Part shown: in pieces, positions 7,556 to 17,138 of the stretch
Position numbering within the stretch: the first letter of the stretch is position 1
How the letters are laid out: every line of letters starts with the position of its first letter
Sequence record: JF770475
From: Escherichia phage phiEB49
DNA length: 47,180 nt
Direction: 5' to 3' (one strand)
Translations under genes and position numbers: made by a program
The notes under the pieces: model-generated
What the model was told of the DNA's origin: nothing
Databases searched by the model: none
The model's input: the letters and a program-made list of their open reading frames with translations, nothing else

Positions 7556-7677
7556 AAGCCGTAAGCTATTCTCAGGTATTCTTTAGCGCACATCCAGCAA
7601 TATTCAGAGCTATTTTTAACTGCGTCACTTGCGAAAGACTGCGCAATTTCAAACATCTCTTTGTCTACGATTTTCAT
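7552..7677 (-). CDS. small hypothetical protein (41 aa)
   Basis: ATGA-coupled to both neighbours; below ORF-track cutoff. Confidence 0.3.
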   Translation of the reverse strand: MKIVDKEMFEIAQSFASDAVKNSSEYCWMCAKEYLRIAYGL

Positions 7678-7874
7678 CTCACAATCTCCACATCCAATTT
7701 TGAAACACTAACAACAATACCCGCATCGTTTTTAACGATGTATCTATCTGAGTCAGCGGAAATTTCAAGAACAAAATAGCTATTCCCGCGCTTTAGAAGG
7801 TACTCATCAATATCCATCCGTGGGGTGTTGTTTCTTGGCTTAAACGTAACAACGAACGGTCTATTATTAATCAT
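7674..7874 (-). CDS. hypothetical protein (66 aa)
   Basis: ORF track 7674..7892 trimmed to ATG 7874 with GGAGG SD. Confidence 0.4.
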   Translation of the reverse strand: MINNRPFVVTFKPRNNTPRMDIDEYLLKRGNSYFVLEISADSDRYIVKNDAGIVVSVSKLDVEIVR

Positions 7875-8089
7875 AAAAAATCCTCCGGGCAATCTTTTTT
7901 CATTTCTGCGATATCTGCAACCATACGGTCACGCCATGTTTCGATATCGGTGTTCAGGTAATCATGATCAAAACTCATGTCCAGGCACCAAGCCATATCC
8001 CAGCCGTCATATTTATACCCAGCTTTATGCAACTCCTGAGCCGCCATCTCCTTAAAAAGTTCCCATTTAGTTTCGAAATAAGTTTTCAT
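7871..8089 (-). CDS. hypothetical protein (72 aa)
   Basis: ORF track 7871..8125 trimmed to ATG 8089 just after upstream stop 8094. Confidence 0.45.
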   Translation of the reverse strand: MKTYFETKWELFKEMAAQELHKAGYKYDGWDMAWCLDMSFDHDYLNTDIETWRDRMVADIAEMKKDCPEDFL

Positions 8090-8093
8090 ATAA

Positions 8094-8417
8094 TTATGCC
8101 TTATCGTAAGAGATTCGAGATACAAGGATTGCGATATCTTTAATATCCATTTCGCTTTTTGTTTTAGCGACTATTGAGTCATACTTATTAGTCAATTCAT
8201 CCTTACTAATCTTGCCGCGAGATTCTATTGCCGTCTCGCAAGTATTGATATACATAGAAACTGTTTTAGCATTAACCACATCAGTTTTGTTAGCGCCCCA
8301 TTCGTTAACTGCAAGGTTGTAAGCGTACTGAACGATGTCATGGCAGTTGTTAGCTTTTGCGTCTGCATTAACACTTGCCACTGCCATCAGGATAGTTGCG
8401 ATAATTAACTTTTTCAT
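8094..8417 (-). CDS. small secreted protein (signal peptide)
   Basis: ORF track trimmed to MKKLIIATILMAVASVNADA signal-peptide start at 8417 with SD GAGGGGAG. Confidence 0.5.
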   Translation of the reverse strand: MKKLIIATILMAVASVNADAKANNCHDIVQYAYNLAVNEWGANKTDVVNAKTVSMYINTCETAIESRGKISKDELTNKYDSIVAKTKSEMDIKDIAILVSRISYDKA

Positions 8418-8456
8418 TTTGCTCCCCTCATTTGTTTGTTTCGTTTCGATGAAGTG

Positions 8457-8501
8457 ATAATACACCACTTCATCGATTCGTCTTTAGCAATTCGTGCTAT
8501 T
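8457..8501 (-). promoter_or_regulatory. dyad-motif promoter
   Basis: Core 8485-8499 overlapping 3' end of VRR-NUC gene; minus TATTAT 8457-8462; leader CATCGAAACGAAACAAAC. Confidence 0.5.
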
Positions 8502-8873
8502 TGATAGATAGTCCTCAATTGCCATTTTAAACATTTCGAACCCGTAGCAGATTGCTGCGTAACCTCCTGTTTCTGATACCTTTTCAAGGAACTCCTTTTG
8601 CTCCTTAGAAACTTTGCTATCTGATTTTATTGCCCGTTTAAGCTCTATTGCGGCAAATCCATTTGGTCCAATCAGTAAGATATCTGACACTCCCTTGACA
8701 ACCCCCTCCTGCTTATCCTTCATGGCTGTACCGATTGACTTCAGCCCCTCGTTCTTTACGTGAAACGCGAATATCTCAGGGTGATTATGTCTCACCCATG
8801 CAATCGAATTAATTTGATGGACTACCTCTTTAGCCTTGTCAGTGCTTGTCTTGTCGTGAAATAACTTAATCAT
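8484..8873 (-). CDS. VRR-NUC domain nuclease
   Basis: PD-(D/E)XK-like core ...GFAAIELKRA...KEQKEFL... typical of VRR-NUC; start overlaps helicase stop. Confidence 0.6.
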   Translation of the reverse strand: MIKLFHDKTSTDKAKEVVHQINSIAWVRHNHPEIFAFHVKNEGLKSIGTAMKDKQEGVVKGVSDILLIGPNGFAAIELKRAIKSDSKVSKEQKEFLEKVSETGGYAAICYGFEMFKMAIEDYLSNSTNC

Positions 8874-10816
8874 CAGAACTCCTTATTTGCCATGTTATCG
8901 CCGCCTTTGGCGGTCTTGCGGTGAGTTACTCGCTTCGGAGCCTGAATGTACTGCGCATACTCCATAATCTTGCGAGCATTGCGATATGCAGCCATATATC
9001 GCTTGGCATTCATATCAACTACGTGACCCTTAATGCCATTATTAAGCCAGAGTGTTTTACATACTCGATGGTCAGACTCTACGAAGAAAACCTCATGAGC
9101 TTTAAATGTCCCACCCATGCCATCATCAAGGATGTAGTTGTAGATGATTCCTGATTGGTTCTTTGTTAGCCCAACCTTAAAGTCAACAACATCAAACCAG
9201 TCGTTCTTGCGGTAATGTTTGCCGCTTAACTTGAGATTTGGATCAAGCAAAGTGCAATCGCAACCCCTACAAATCTTAGCTGCAACGTCATTCTGAACTC
9301 CACAGCCTTTAACGATAACCTTTCCTGTTCGTGGGTCTTTCTGGTCTTCACATGTGCGACTTACCCAGAAGTAAGAGCATCGATCACCACTCTCATCAAC
9401 ATGCATGCATCGGCGAGCATAAAAACTATTCTCAGTTCCGCAAACTGGGCACTGCTTAGTCTCCTTGCCGTTGCTCTTGCGTAGCTGATACTGAGCCTGT
9501 TCAAGAATGGGATTGAAGTACAATGATGCCATCGAGTCCATAGTTCCAGCAAAATCTAAAACCAAATGGTCATTCTTAACCATTCCTTTATCTTCATGTA
9601 GCTTCTTCAGTTTGCGCATTCCGCGACCTAGAAGTTGGACTAGAAGAGTTAAGCTGCCAATCTTGCGTAGGATTACGCTTGTATCCCATGGTGGAATAGA
9701 TACGCCAGTAGTTAGTGCTTGCACTTGAAAACAAAACTTAATCTCTCCATTTAAGCACTTATCCAGTAGCTCCTTACGCTGCTTCTCACCAGTTTTTCCA
9801 GTAATTATGCAGTAAGTCTCACCTTCCGGAAGGTAACTTGCAGCCTCCTTGCAATGGCGCTCACCAGCGCACGTCACGAGAACACCGTTACGATCTTTTG
9901 CCGCCAACCACACCTTCTTCATAATCTCAGCTGTCATTGTACCTGACTGCTGAATCTTCTTCTCCATTGCTTCTAGCTGAGATTTAGTGAAGTCCTGAAC
10001 GCCATCATCAGCTGAAGTGTCGAACTCTGACAGGTCATAACCAACGCCATCAGTAGACCCAAAATTCGTAGGAACAACAGAGCCAAACTCAACTAGATAG
10101 TTGGTATCAATGTTAGTCACTGTTTCACGCCAGAATCCAAGTTCCTTAAGGTTCTCCACAACAATTGGCGTGGTCCCGCGAAAAGGAGAGCCAGTCAGTC
10201 CGAATATCCTAAGTTCACGACCATACTTGGCGCGGCATCTCTCCATCAATGTAAGAATGATGATTGTATACTGACTGCGTCCTTTGTCTCTTGCTTGCTG
10301 AGGTGTCTCATTGTTATCTATTGCCTCAGCGATATCCTGGTCATCAACCATATGACACTCATCTATTGCCACCACAGCCGGGCAAAAATCACCAAGAGCC
10401 TTATCCAATCCACCAACAACTGTACCTTCAGAGCCGACAATTACAGGGAAGTAAGATGACTTAACGCCAAGACCAGAACAGTAAATAGAGTTAGGAACTC
10501 CATAATCTGAGATTTCAGATGCGTTTTGGCTAACCAGCTCTGCCTGGCGAGCAAGTAGAAGCATTGGCAAACCAAGTTCAGAACAGCGTTTTGCAACCAT
10601 AGCGAAAACCAGAGTCTTACCAGCAGAAACTGAAGCCATTGCGATGAACGGGTGCTTATATTTACCAATGCGCTTGGCGATCTCATCATACATTACGCAC
10701 TGATAACTGTATGGAACCATTCCATTTGATGATGTAAATTTTTCCTGAATCTCTTTAATCTTATCTTCGCCTAGTTCTTCAGTCTGTTTTTGTATTGATT
10801 TCAATCGCATAGTCAT
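8873..10816 (-). CDS. superfamily 2 DNA helicase with C-terminal Cys-rich zinc-finger region
   Basis: Walker A SAGKTLVFA, DECH box, helicase C-terminal motifs, CPVCG..C..C cluster. Confidence 0.8.
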   Translation of the reverse strand: MTMRLKSIQKQTEELGEDKIKEIQEKFTSSNGMVPYSYQCVMYDEIAKRIGKYKHPFIAMASVSAGKTLVFAMVAKRCSELGLPMLLLARQAELVSQNASEISDYGVPNSIYCSGLGVKSSYFPVIVGSEGTVVGGLDKALGDFCPAVVAIDECHMVDDQDIAEAIDNNETPQQARDKGRSQYTIIILTLMERCRAKYGRELRIFGLTGSPFRGTTPIVVENLKELGFWRETVTNIDTNYLVEFGSVVPTNFGSTDGVGYDLSEFDTSADDGVQDFTKSQLEAMEKKIQQSGTMTAEIMKKVWLAAKDRNGVLVTCAGERHCKEAASYLPEGETYCIITGKTGEKQRKELLDKCLNGEIKFCFQVQALTTGVSIPPWDTSVILRKIGSLTLLVQLLGRGMRKLKKLHEDKGMVKNDHLVLDFAGTMDSMASLYFNPILEQAQYQLRKSNGKETKQCPVCGTENSFYARRCMHVDESGDRCSYFWVSRTCEDQKDPRTGKVIVKGCGVQNDVAAKICRGCDCTLLDPNLKLSGKHYRKNDWFDVVDFKVGLTKNQSGIIYNYILDDGMGGTFKAHEVFFVESDHRVCKTLWLNNGIKGHVVDMNAKRYMAAYRNARKIMEYAQYIQAPKRVTHRKTAKGGDNMANKEF

Positions 10817-10853
10817 GTTCTCAAATGCCTTTCATGTTCGTTCTATTGACGCT

Positions 10854-10897
10854 ATAATAACAGCCATCAAAGCCAATGTTTAACAAAAAATGCTATC
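10854..10897 (-). promoter_or_regulatory. dyad-motif promoter for helicase operon; dyad also lies in 5' UTR of divergent HTH gene
   Basis: Core 10881-10895 (TAACA-aaaaa-TGCTA); minus TATTAT 10854-10859; plus-strand TATAAT 10853-10858 serves the divergent gene. Confidence 0.45.
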
Positions 10898-10909
10898 GAG
10901 GTGATAAAA

Positions 10910-11383
10910 GTGAGTGAAATTGATAAGCGTACTCTTAACGGTAATAACGGAACAATACGAACAGAAGACAAGAAGCCTCGGAAACGACCGTCAGGTTACT
11001 ATGTTTTAAAGGATGAGGTAAGGGCGGGATTGAGGGCAAGACTTGAAATTGTTTTAGACTTTTACGGCAGCAAGGCGAATATGGCGAAACAATTGAAGGT
11101 TACTCGCCAGGCTGTTGAGGAGTGGTTTAATCGCGGCATGATGTCGGCGCGCGGTGCTCAGCTAGCTCACAATCGATACAAGCGAACAGGTGAGGGCTTT
11201 AGAGCTACATTCTGCCGTCCAGATCTTCAATTTGACGGCAACGGTAAGCCTCTCACTCTTCGTTGCAAAAAGCGCCACATGCTTCGCGTGGTTACTGATG
11301 CTGAATTAGCAACTAAGCCTGAGTGCCGTTCATGGCGCAAAATTAAAGCCGCAAACGAAGCAGCACGAAAAGCTAAAGAGTAA
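10910..11383 (+). CDS. HTH DNA-binding protein (Cro/YdaS-like), candidate transcription regulator
   Basis: GTG start with SD GAGGTGA; helix-turn-helix-like segment SKANMAKQLKVTRQAVEEWFNRG; basic C-terminus. Confidence 0.5.
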   Translation: MSEIDKRTLNGNNGTIRTEDKKPRKRPSGYYVLKDEVRAGLRARLEIVLDFYGSKANMAKQLKVTRQAVEEWFNRGMMSARGAQLAHNRYKRTGEGFRATFCRPDLQFDGNGKPLTLRCKKRHMLRVVTDAELATKPECRSWRKIKAANEAARKAKE

Positions 11384-11389
11384 CAATTG

Positions 11390-11423
11390 AGGTTGTGCCA
11401 TAATCGGTGCAACCTTTTTTATT
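11390..11423 (+). terminator. intrinsic terminator followed by ATTGGAG SD cassette
   Basis: GGTTGTGCC-ataatc-GGTGCAACC followed by TTTTTTATTGGAG. Confidence 0.6.
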
Positions 11424-11426
11424 GGA

Positions 11427-12377
11427 GTGAATACAGTGAGCGAGATAAGTTACCAAAAAGAAGAAGTCCTGCCGTACATGAAAGGCTTGTGGAGGGAGGC
11501 GCTCCAGTCTATATGCGGCCTTAATGATTCATACTTTAGCAAAAAACACGGCCCGTGCCCCCATTGCTCGGGAAAAGACAGGTTCCGCTGGACTGACAAC
11601 ATTAACTCTCCTGGTGACGGCGGGGCTATCTGCAACCAATGCGGTAATGACTCTGGCGTTGGCTGGATGATGAAATTGACTGGTGAGCCTTACAGTGAGG
11701 TGATTAATATTCTGGGTCGATTCCTTGGTAAAGTTCCGCAGGATTACAAGGCAAAGGCTTACCGCAGAGCATCGCGAGTACCTGAGAAAGGATTGGGTAA
11801 GATGTCTGACCATGAGTCATGCTTGGATGTAATGGAGCGCACAGAGAAACGCGAGAGTACTGATTTAAGCTTGTATGAGTGTTTGACTGAGGATTCGTAT
11901 GATGTTGGTGTAAAGTTGCGCAAGGATGGCTCTGAGGAGCTAATACACGCACTGCCATGCTATATGGTTCATGCTGATGGGGTTGATGATGAAATGTGTA
12001 ACGTAATGTTCGCTTATGATAACGGCGAATACACCTTTCTGGCTCGTGATTATTCGCGCGGCTCAGTGGTTAAGCTTGGAAGCGGAGAGGAGGATGCAGC
12101 CATATATATGACAAGCGATCTTATTGATGGCTACCGAGTTAAGATGGCAACCAGTCAGGAGGTGTGGGTTACTTTCACACCAGAGAACCTTGAAATAGTG
12201 GCCTATCGTTATCGCGGGGAACGCGAGTTGCGGGCAGCTTGCCTTCCTGATGATTTGCGAACTCTTTATCTGGCTGATGAGCGAGATTTGAAAGTGGTCG
12301 TGCCTAACCATGGAAACTTCAAAATGGGACTTGAGCGAAGGCTATATAAACCACAAGATCTGATAGATAAGTGCTAA
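11427..12377 (+). CDS. putative DNA primase (zinc-ribbon domain)
   Basis: HGPCPHCSG..(19)..CNQCG resembles primase zinc-binding domains; GTG start. Confidence 0.5.
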   Translation: MNTVSEISYQKEEVLPYMKGLWREALQSICGLNDSYFSKKHGPCPHCSGKDRFRWTDNINSPGDGGAICNQCGNDSGVGWMMKLTGEPYSEVINILGRFLGKVPQDYKAKAYRRASRVPEKGLGKMSDHESCLDVMERTEKRESTDLSLYECLTEDSYDVGVKLRKDGSEELIHALPCYMVHADGVDDEMCNVMFAYDNGEYTFLARDYSRGSVVKLGSGEEDAAIYMTSDLIDGYRVKMATSQEVWVTFTPENLEIVAYRYRGERELRAACLPDDLRTLYLADERDLKVVVPNHGNFKMGLERRLYKPQDLIDKC

Positions 12378-12385
12378 TGAAAATT

Positions 12386-12408
12386 ACCCGCTTCGGCGGG
12401 TTTTTTTA
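12386..12408 (+). terminator. intrinsic terminator
   Basis: CCCGC-ttcg-GCGGG followed by TTTTTTT. Confidence 0.7.
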
Positions 12409-12422
12409 TGCAAGGAAGATGG

Positions 12423-12449
12423 TATACTTTATTTTAGCAAATCGTGCTA
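12423..12449 (+). promoter_or_regulatory. TATACT -10 element with dyad in operator position (+1 to +15)
   Basis: TATACT 12423-12428 directly followed by TAGCA-aatcg-TGCTA 12435-12449; SD TAAGGA before ATG 12476. Confidence 0.4.
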
Positions 12450-12475
12450 TCAACTTAAATTAAGGATTTACAATT

Positions 12476-15469
12476 ATGGCGATTTATGACGCGGGCACTG
12501 CCTCGCTAGATGCTGATGGTACAGTTACTGGCGTAGGGACAACCTGGCGACAACCACTAACGCTCATTCGCGTTGGTGCAACAATGATTTTCAATACATC
12601 ACCGATTAGCATCGTGACAATCGCTGAGATCTTGAGTGATACAAGCATTCGCGCGTTTAACGATAAGGGATTTATAGCTCCGGAAGGCACTCAGTATTTC
12701 ATCCTGGCTCATGACGGGATTACAGTTCAAGGGCTGGCTCAAGACGTCGCTGAGACTCTTCGTTACTATCAGTCAAGTGAGACGCAGATTGCGGATCTTG
12801 TTGAGCTTGCTAAGTCTGGTGATTTTGATTTTGATAAGTTACAGCGATTAGTTAATGAAGCAAAGGCAAGCGAAACAAATGCAGCATCAAGCGCATTGGC
12901 AGCATCAGCCAGCCAGCAAGCTGCCGCTACAAGCCAGACTCTGGCTGAATCAAGCGCAAGCAGTGCGCAAGCGGCATACAATAACACGGTTGATGTTATT
13001 GCTAATGCTGGTGATGCTGGAACCTTGGTTACGCTTGCTAATATTGGTATAGCTACAGATTCAACACCGCTAATAAATAACTTCGATTGGCAGAATTTTA
13101 CCTTTAAGTCAGGAGGACTTTATCGCGCCAATGTTTCATCAATGATGAACACCCCGGGCGATATCACTTTAACCTTCGGTGAATCCATAGCTGCCTTATG
13201 TATTCAAGTTATATCAAAGTCAAGTAATACAACAACGCACTCCTTAAGGGTTGTATCTCAGTCATCAACAAGCAACCAGTATAGCAGGGAAATTTACATC
13301 CAGTTTACAGGAGCGCCTGGCGCAAGGGTTTTTGCACCAGGTAGAGAAATGGTGATGGTTGGGGCTGGCAAGTCCGGAGGTGGAGCTACGGCATCGAGGG
13401 CTAGAAACTTACTTGATGTTTACTCAAAAGCCGAATCTGACGCAATAAGGACAATTGCTCTTGGTGGGAACTTTCAGGATGGAATGACTATCCAGTCGAA
13501 AAGCCAGCAAATCTTAAATGTTAAAAATGGAATTGCGGAGGCTTATGTGTGGGCGGGGTCACTCCCTAAAGTTGTTCCAGCAAACTCAACGCCTGAAACA
13601 TCTGGCGGGATTGGTGATGGAGCTTGGGTTCAGCTTGGCGGATACTCTTCTGGTGTTAGCTCTATTTATGACTTAATTAACAAACAAGCACAACCTCAGT
13701 CAATTGTGAATGTTAAGTCTTATATTTCTGGCTCCAATTCTGGTGGTGGTGTTTTCTATTGGAGCGAAACAACTCCAAAAAGTAGACACAATGGGGTTAC
13801 AGTGTTCAGCCCCACCGTTCCATTTGACGGAACGCATAGCGGAATTGCTGATTTCATTTCCGCTTCTGGCGAATCTGATCCGTCAGGTCTTGGGTGTTGG
13901 GTTCGAATCACCTCTGGATTTGATGAAATTCACACCGAATGGGCTGGGCATGATGTTTCTGGCATCAACACATCAAATGCATCAGTAATGAAGTGCATTC
14001 AGATGGGTCACGAACAGTCAAAGACTGTGAGACTCAGTGCAGGAAGGCTAAAAGTCTCTTTCGACAATGGGGTTCAGTACAACGACAAATATAGTGTTTT
14101 TAGGCAGACTGCCTTTTTCTTGAGCGGCTTAAAGGTAAAGATTTTTGCCAAAAACGATGTAGAGATTGATATATCAGCGAGCTCTTCTCCGGAAAGGGTT
14201 GTTTTTGGACTTAAGGGTTGTGATTTCATCGCTGAAGGCTTTAACTGGAATAGTGATTTTTCAGACTATTCAATCGGTGAATCAGACACAACTCACAGGG
14301 CTAGGGAAGACTGGTTTGGATTCCTTGCTGAAGGTTGCTCATCAGTTGTTGTTGATAAGATGATTGTTAACGCCTCAAGGGCATTCATAAACGCTGATGC
14401 TTTAAATGGAGACTCAAACGCATTCATTGCCCTAAGGAACTCAAAGTTTAAATATAACGTAAACTACTGCCTGATAACCAGGAATTGTGACTATTCTGAA
14501 TTTATTGGAAATGAAACAAAGCAGTCTGGTAGGGTGTGGCATACTTATGGTGAGGACTATGCGATTTCAGAGCGCAGCAGAAGGTCTTATGCTCACAACA
14601 ATAAGTTCTATTATCCTATATCCATCCAGTCAAGGATAACCCCAGCTGGAGAGAACATAACAGTTACTGATAACTATTATGCTGGCTCAGGGATTTTTGT
14701 TGAAGCCTTCGCTTGTAACAATGTGATATGTAAGGGAAATACAAGCATTATTACAACCGACTCTGTTGGCAGAGCGTCGTCTCACTATCTTTTGATAACT
14801 AACGACGATTCCAATGATTGGGGTGTTAATGAAGGATTGAGTAACATCATTATATCTAACAACATAATGATTGGAGGGGGAATATCTGTGCAGGGTTACA
14901 ACGAAGGGGTGCAGGTTAAAAATGGATTGATTATCACAGATAATACAATGACTGATACAAAAGCGCCTGTGCTTGGTGCTTCGTCGTGGGTTGGAACTAC
15001 ATTCTCTGGTAACAAATGCAGGTTTACACCTGGATATGGTGGCCTTGGGGTTGGAGGGCAGTACCCTACAGTCAGCAATAACATTATAGACGGTGGGTAT
15101 ATTTCGTGCAGGTTTGGGTATGAAATAACATCACCAACGTTTGAAAACAACATTTTTAGAAACACAACTGGAGCGACACTATCAACCATTTTTGATATTG
15201 ATAGTTTTTCTGGTGGTATTTTTAGAAACAACAACTTCAGGGCCTCTAGCTTCCTTATGGTGTTCCCAATTAACGATAACGTTGTTAAGGTTGGTTTTAG
15301 ATATGTTGACTATGGTTTCAGTTCAAGGCCAACAGATACGTATGGTTCAAAGTGCGTAATTAGAGCTGGTGACTGGATTATTAACGACAACCCATCAACT
15401 TATGGCTCTGCTGCTGCCTGGATTGGTGGATCAAACGGTGCTTATCTTCAACTAAGTACTGCTGTATAA
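12476..15469 (+). CDS. tail fiber / tailspike with beta-helix-like C-terminal region
   Basis: N-terminus MAIYDAGTASLDADGTVTGVGTTW typical of tail fiber N-domains; C-terminal NNI/GN-rich repeats suggest parallel beta-helix. Confidence 0.65.
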   Translation: MAIYDAGTASLDADGTVTGVGTTWRQPLTLIRVGATMIFNTSPISIVTIAEILSDTSIRAFNDKGFIAPEGTQYFILAHDGITVQGLAQDVAETLRYYQSSETQIADLVELAKSGDFDFDKLQRLVNEAKASETNAASSALAASASQQAAATSQTLAESSASSAQAAYNNTVDVIANAGDAGTLVTLANIGIATDSTPLINNFDWQNFTFKSGGLYRANVSSMMNTPGDITLTFGESIAALCIQVISKSSNTTTHSLRVVSQSSTSNQYSREIYIQFTGAPGARVFAPGREMVMVGAGKSGGGATASRARNLLDVYSKAESDAIRTIALGGNFQDGMTIQSKSQQILNVKNGIAEAYVWAGSLPKVVPANSTPETSGGIGDGAWVQLGGYSSGVSSIYDLINKQAQPQSIVNVKSYISGSNSGGGVFYWSETTPKSRHNGVTVFSPTVPFDGTHSGIADFISASGESDPSGLGCWVRITSGFDEIHTEWAGHDVSGINTSNASVMKCIQMGHEQSKTVRLSAGRLKVSFDNGVQYNDKYSVFRQTAFFLSGLKVKIFAKNDVEIDISASSSPERVVFGLKGCDFIAEGFNWNSDFSDYSIGESDTTHRAREDWFGFLAEGCSSVVVDKMIVNASRAFINADALNGDSNAFIALRNSKFKYNVNYCLITRNCDYSEFIGNETKQSGRVWHTYGEDYAISERSRRSYAHNNKFYYPISIQSRITPAGENITVTDNYYAGSGIFVEAFACNNVICKGNTSIITTDSVGRASSHYLLITNDDSNDWGVNEGLSNIIISNNIMIGGGISVQGYNEGVQVKNGLIITDNTMTDTKAPVLGASSWVGTTFSGNKCRFTPGYGGLGVGGQYPTVSNNIIDGGYISCRFGYEITSPTFENNIFRNTTGATLSTIFDIDSFSGGIFRNNNFRASSFLMVFPINDNVVKVGFRYVDYGFSSRPTDTYGSKCVIRAGDWIINDNPSTYGSAAAWIGGSNGAYLQLSTAV

Positions 15470-15500
15470 AAAAAGCCCCGAAAGGGGCTTTATCTTTTAT
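15467..15500. terminator. bidirectional intrinsic terminator
   Basis: AAAAAAA-GCCCC-gaaa-GGGGC-TTTATCTTTT between convergent genes. Confidence 0.7.
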
Positions 15501-15919
15501 CCGTTTAATCCTTCTCCGTTTTCTGCGTGCCATTGCATATGGTGAGCTTGGCATAGCCATCTTACATCCATTGGTTTTGAGTAATCATCATGATGAGCTA
15601 CCGCCTTATCATTCCCGCAAACCTCGCAAGGTTTTTTATTGATCTCACCATCCCTTATCGCGTTATTTAAAATCGTGTGGCAATTATATTTTATGGGGTT
15701 TCTTGATCTATACTCCTTAACGTAACCATCCTTCTGTCTATTGCCCTTTTCTCTATCGTACTCTCTGTAATATTCTATTTTTGATTTTCTATTTGATTTA
15801 ACATCAACCTTATTGCATTCCTTACACTTATTTACACGTCCGTCAGCCATGGCTTTATGTTTATAGAACTCCGTGATGGGCTTAAGCCCACCACATTTGA
15901 AACAGCCTTTATAGTACAT
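15497..15919 (-). CDS. HNH endonuclease (zinc-finger type)
   Basis: CEVCG..AHHDDYSKP..WLCQAHHMQWH; ORF track 15497..16054 trimmed to ATG 15919 because the upstream part overlaps SSB. Confidence 0.6.
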   Translation of the reverse strand: MYYKGCFKCGGLKPITEFYKHKAMADGRVNKCKECNKVDVKSNRKSKIEYYREYDREKGNRQKDGYVKEYRSRNPIKYNCHTILNNAIRDGEINKKPCEVCGNDKAVAHHDDYSKPMDVRWLCQAHHMQWHAENGEGLNG

Positions 15920-16370
15920 AAATATTTGACATACCGTACTGAAGACCAATGGGAGCAAACGGAATATCGTCTTCAAACTGGCTTTGATGCTGTGGTTGCT
16001 GCCGCTGCTGTTGCTGAGGCTGCTGGCGCTGTTGCTGTGGTGCTGATTCCCCACCTCGCTGGCTGAACATCAATCGAGGATTCTGCAACTCAAGCGTAAT
16101 ATAAACCTTTCCATTATGCTCACGCTCATTAACCGCCAATGAATCACCACTCACAGAAATAACTTTCCCTTCCTGAAATGCTTCATCATACCAACTAATC
16201 TGCGCCTCACTGGCAAACATCGTAATCCGGTAATTACTGTACTTACGCTCGCCATCTTTAGTCTTGTATGATTCGCTCATCTCGATGGCGTACATTTTCC
16301 AGTTACCTTTGGCATTCTGACCATCTTTAGTGTAAGGAGCTTTGCGAATCTGACCTGTAATTACGTGCAT
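15909..16370 (-). CDS. ssb: single-stranded DNA-binding protein
   Basis: OB-fold-like N-terminus, Gln/Pro-rich linker, acidic tail ending DDIPF. Confidence 0.8.
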   Translation of the reverse strand: MHVITGQIRKAPYTKDGQNAKGNWKMYAIEMSESYKTKDGERKYSNYRITMFASEAQISWYDEAFQEGKVISVSGDSLAVNEREHNGKVYITLELQNPRLMFSQRGGESAPQQQRQQPQQQQRQQPQHQSQFEDDIPFAPIGLQYGMSNIYVL

Positions 16371-16417
16371 GTTATTCTCTCTTCTCGTTTGATTTTGGGG
16401 CCTAAGCCCCGTTTAAT

Positions 16418-17065
16418 TTAGAACTGCTCGATTGGTTGTGATTCTACAGCTTCACTCGGTGCATTTACAACAACTTTAGTTACTTCTTTTGGTTTCGCTG
16501 GGTTGAAGCCGCTTGCAGAAGCCATCTTAATCTCTGCTTGCTTTTCGATGATGGCCTTCTCAACAATACCCCACGTTGCGGCATCAGCTTGTGATTTGCA
16601 AGCCTTGTAAACCTCTACAAGTTCATCGCGAGTCTCTGCTTTTTCCACTTCGCGCTTCCAATCTTTTACGCTCTTGACTGCCATCTGAGCATCATCATCT
16701 GATTGGCTAATTCCAAGCGCCGCAGCCAATGAGTAGCGTCGTGCATATGTGAATGCTGAGCCTACGCCTTGCGGGTCCTTCTTAACAATAGGCATAATCA
16801 TGAAGAAGCTAACCCACTCACCAGAAACGTGATAAAGGGTTGTTTCAACATTAAGATTATCAGAAGTTGATGTCTCTAGCATACTCTGCATAATCATTAA
16901 GTCATTGTCATCAAGCGCAGGCACTACCGCCTCCAGCATCGAATCAAGCGTCGCGTATCGATTCTTAAGGTGGCTGTTTTGCTTGTCTCTCGCTGCTTTA
17001 GCGAAGCCTGTGCGAGCCTTAAAGAGCGCCTGTAAAACTGATTTATTACTTTCTGAAGTCTTCAT
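16418..17065 (-). CDS. ssDNA annealing protein (ERF-like recombinase)
   Basis: GSAFTYARRYSLAAALGI segment, position between exonuclease and SSB; family assignment by eye only. Confidence 0.45.
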   Translation of the reverse strand: MKTSESNKSVLQALFKARTGFAKAARDKQNSHLKNRYATLDSMLEAVVPALDDNDLMIMQSMLETSTSDNLNVETTLYHVSGEWVSFFMIMPIVKKDPQGVGSAFTYARRYSLAAALGISQSDDDAQMAVKSVKDWKREVEKAETRDELVEVYKACKSQADAATWGIVEKAIIEKQAEIKMASASGFNPAKPKEVTKVVVNAPSEAVESQPIEQF

Positions 17066-17083
17066 CTTTCTTCCTCTCGCTGT

Positions 17084-17138
17084 CGATGAGGTAACTATAC
17101 CTCACCGATTTAATCTTTTTTTAGCTATTCGTGCTGTT
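17084..17138 (-). promoter_or_regulatory. dyad-motif promoter (variant TAGCT-N5-TGCTG)
   Basis: Core 17122-17136; minus TATAGT 17084-17089 inside hairpin GGTGAGGTATAGTTACCTCA; leader CATCGACAGCGAGAGGAAG. Confidence 0.45.

Noticed and set aside
15920-16054. N-terminal 45-aa extension of the HNH ORF (track 15497..16054)
   Set aside because: It overlaps the SSB coding region on the same strand in another frame and is low-complexity Ser/Asn-rich; the internal ATG at 15919 directly follows the SSB stop.
16385-16410. Hairpin GGGGC-ctaa-GCCCC between the annealing-protein gene and SSB as a terminator
   Set aside because: No U-tract on the transcribed minus strand; more likely an RNA processing or stability element, kept only as a weak observation.
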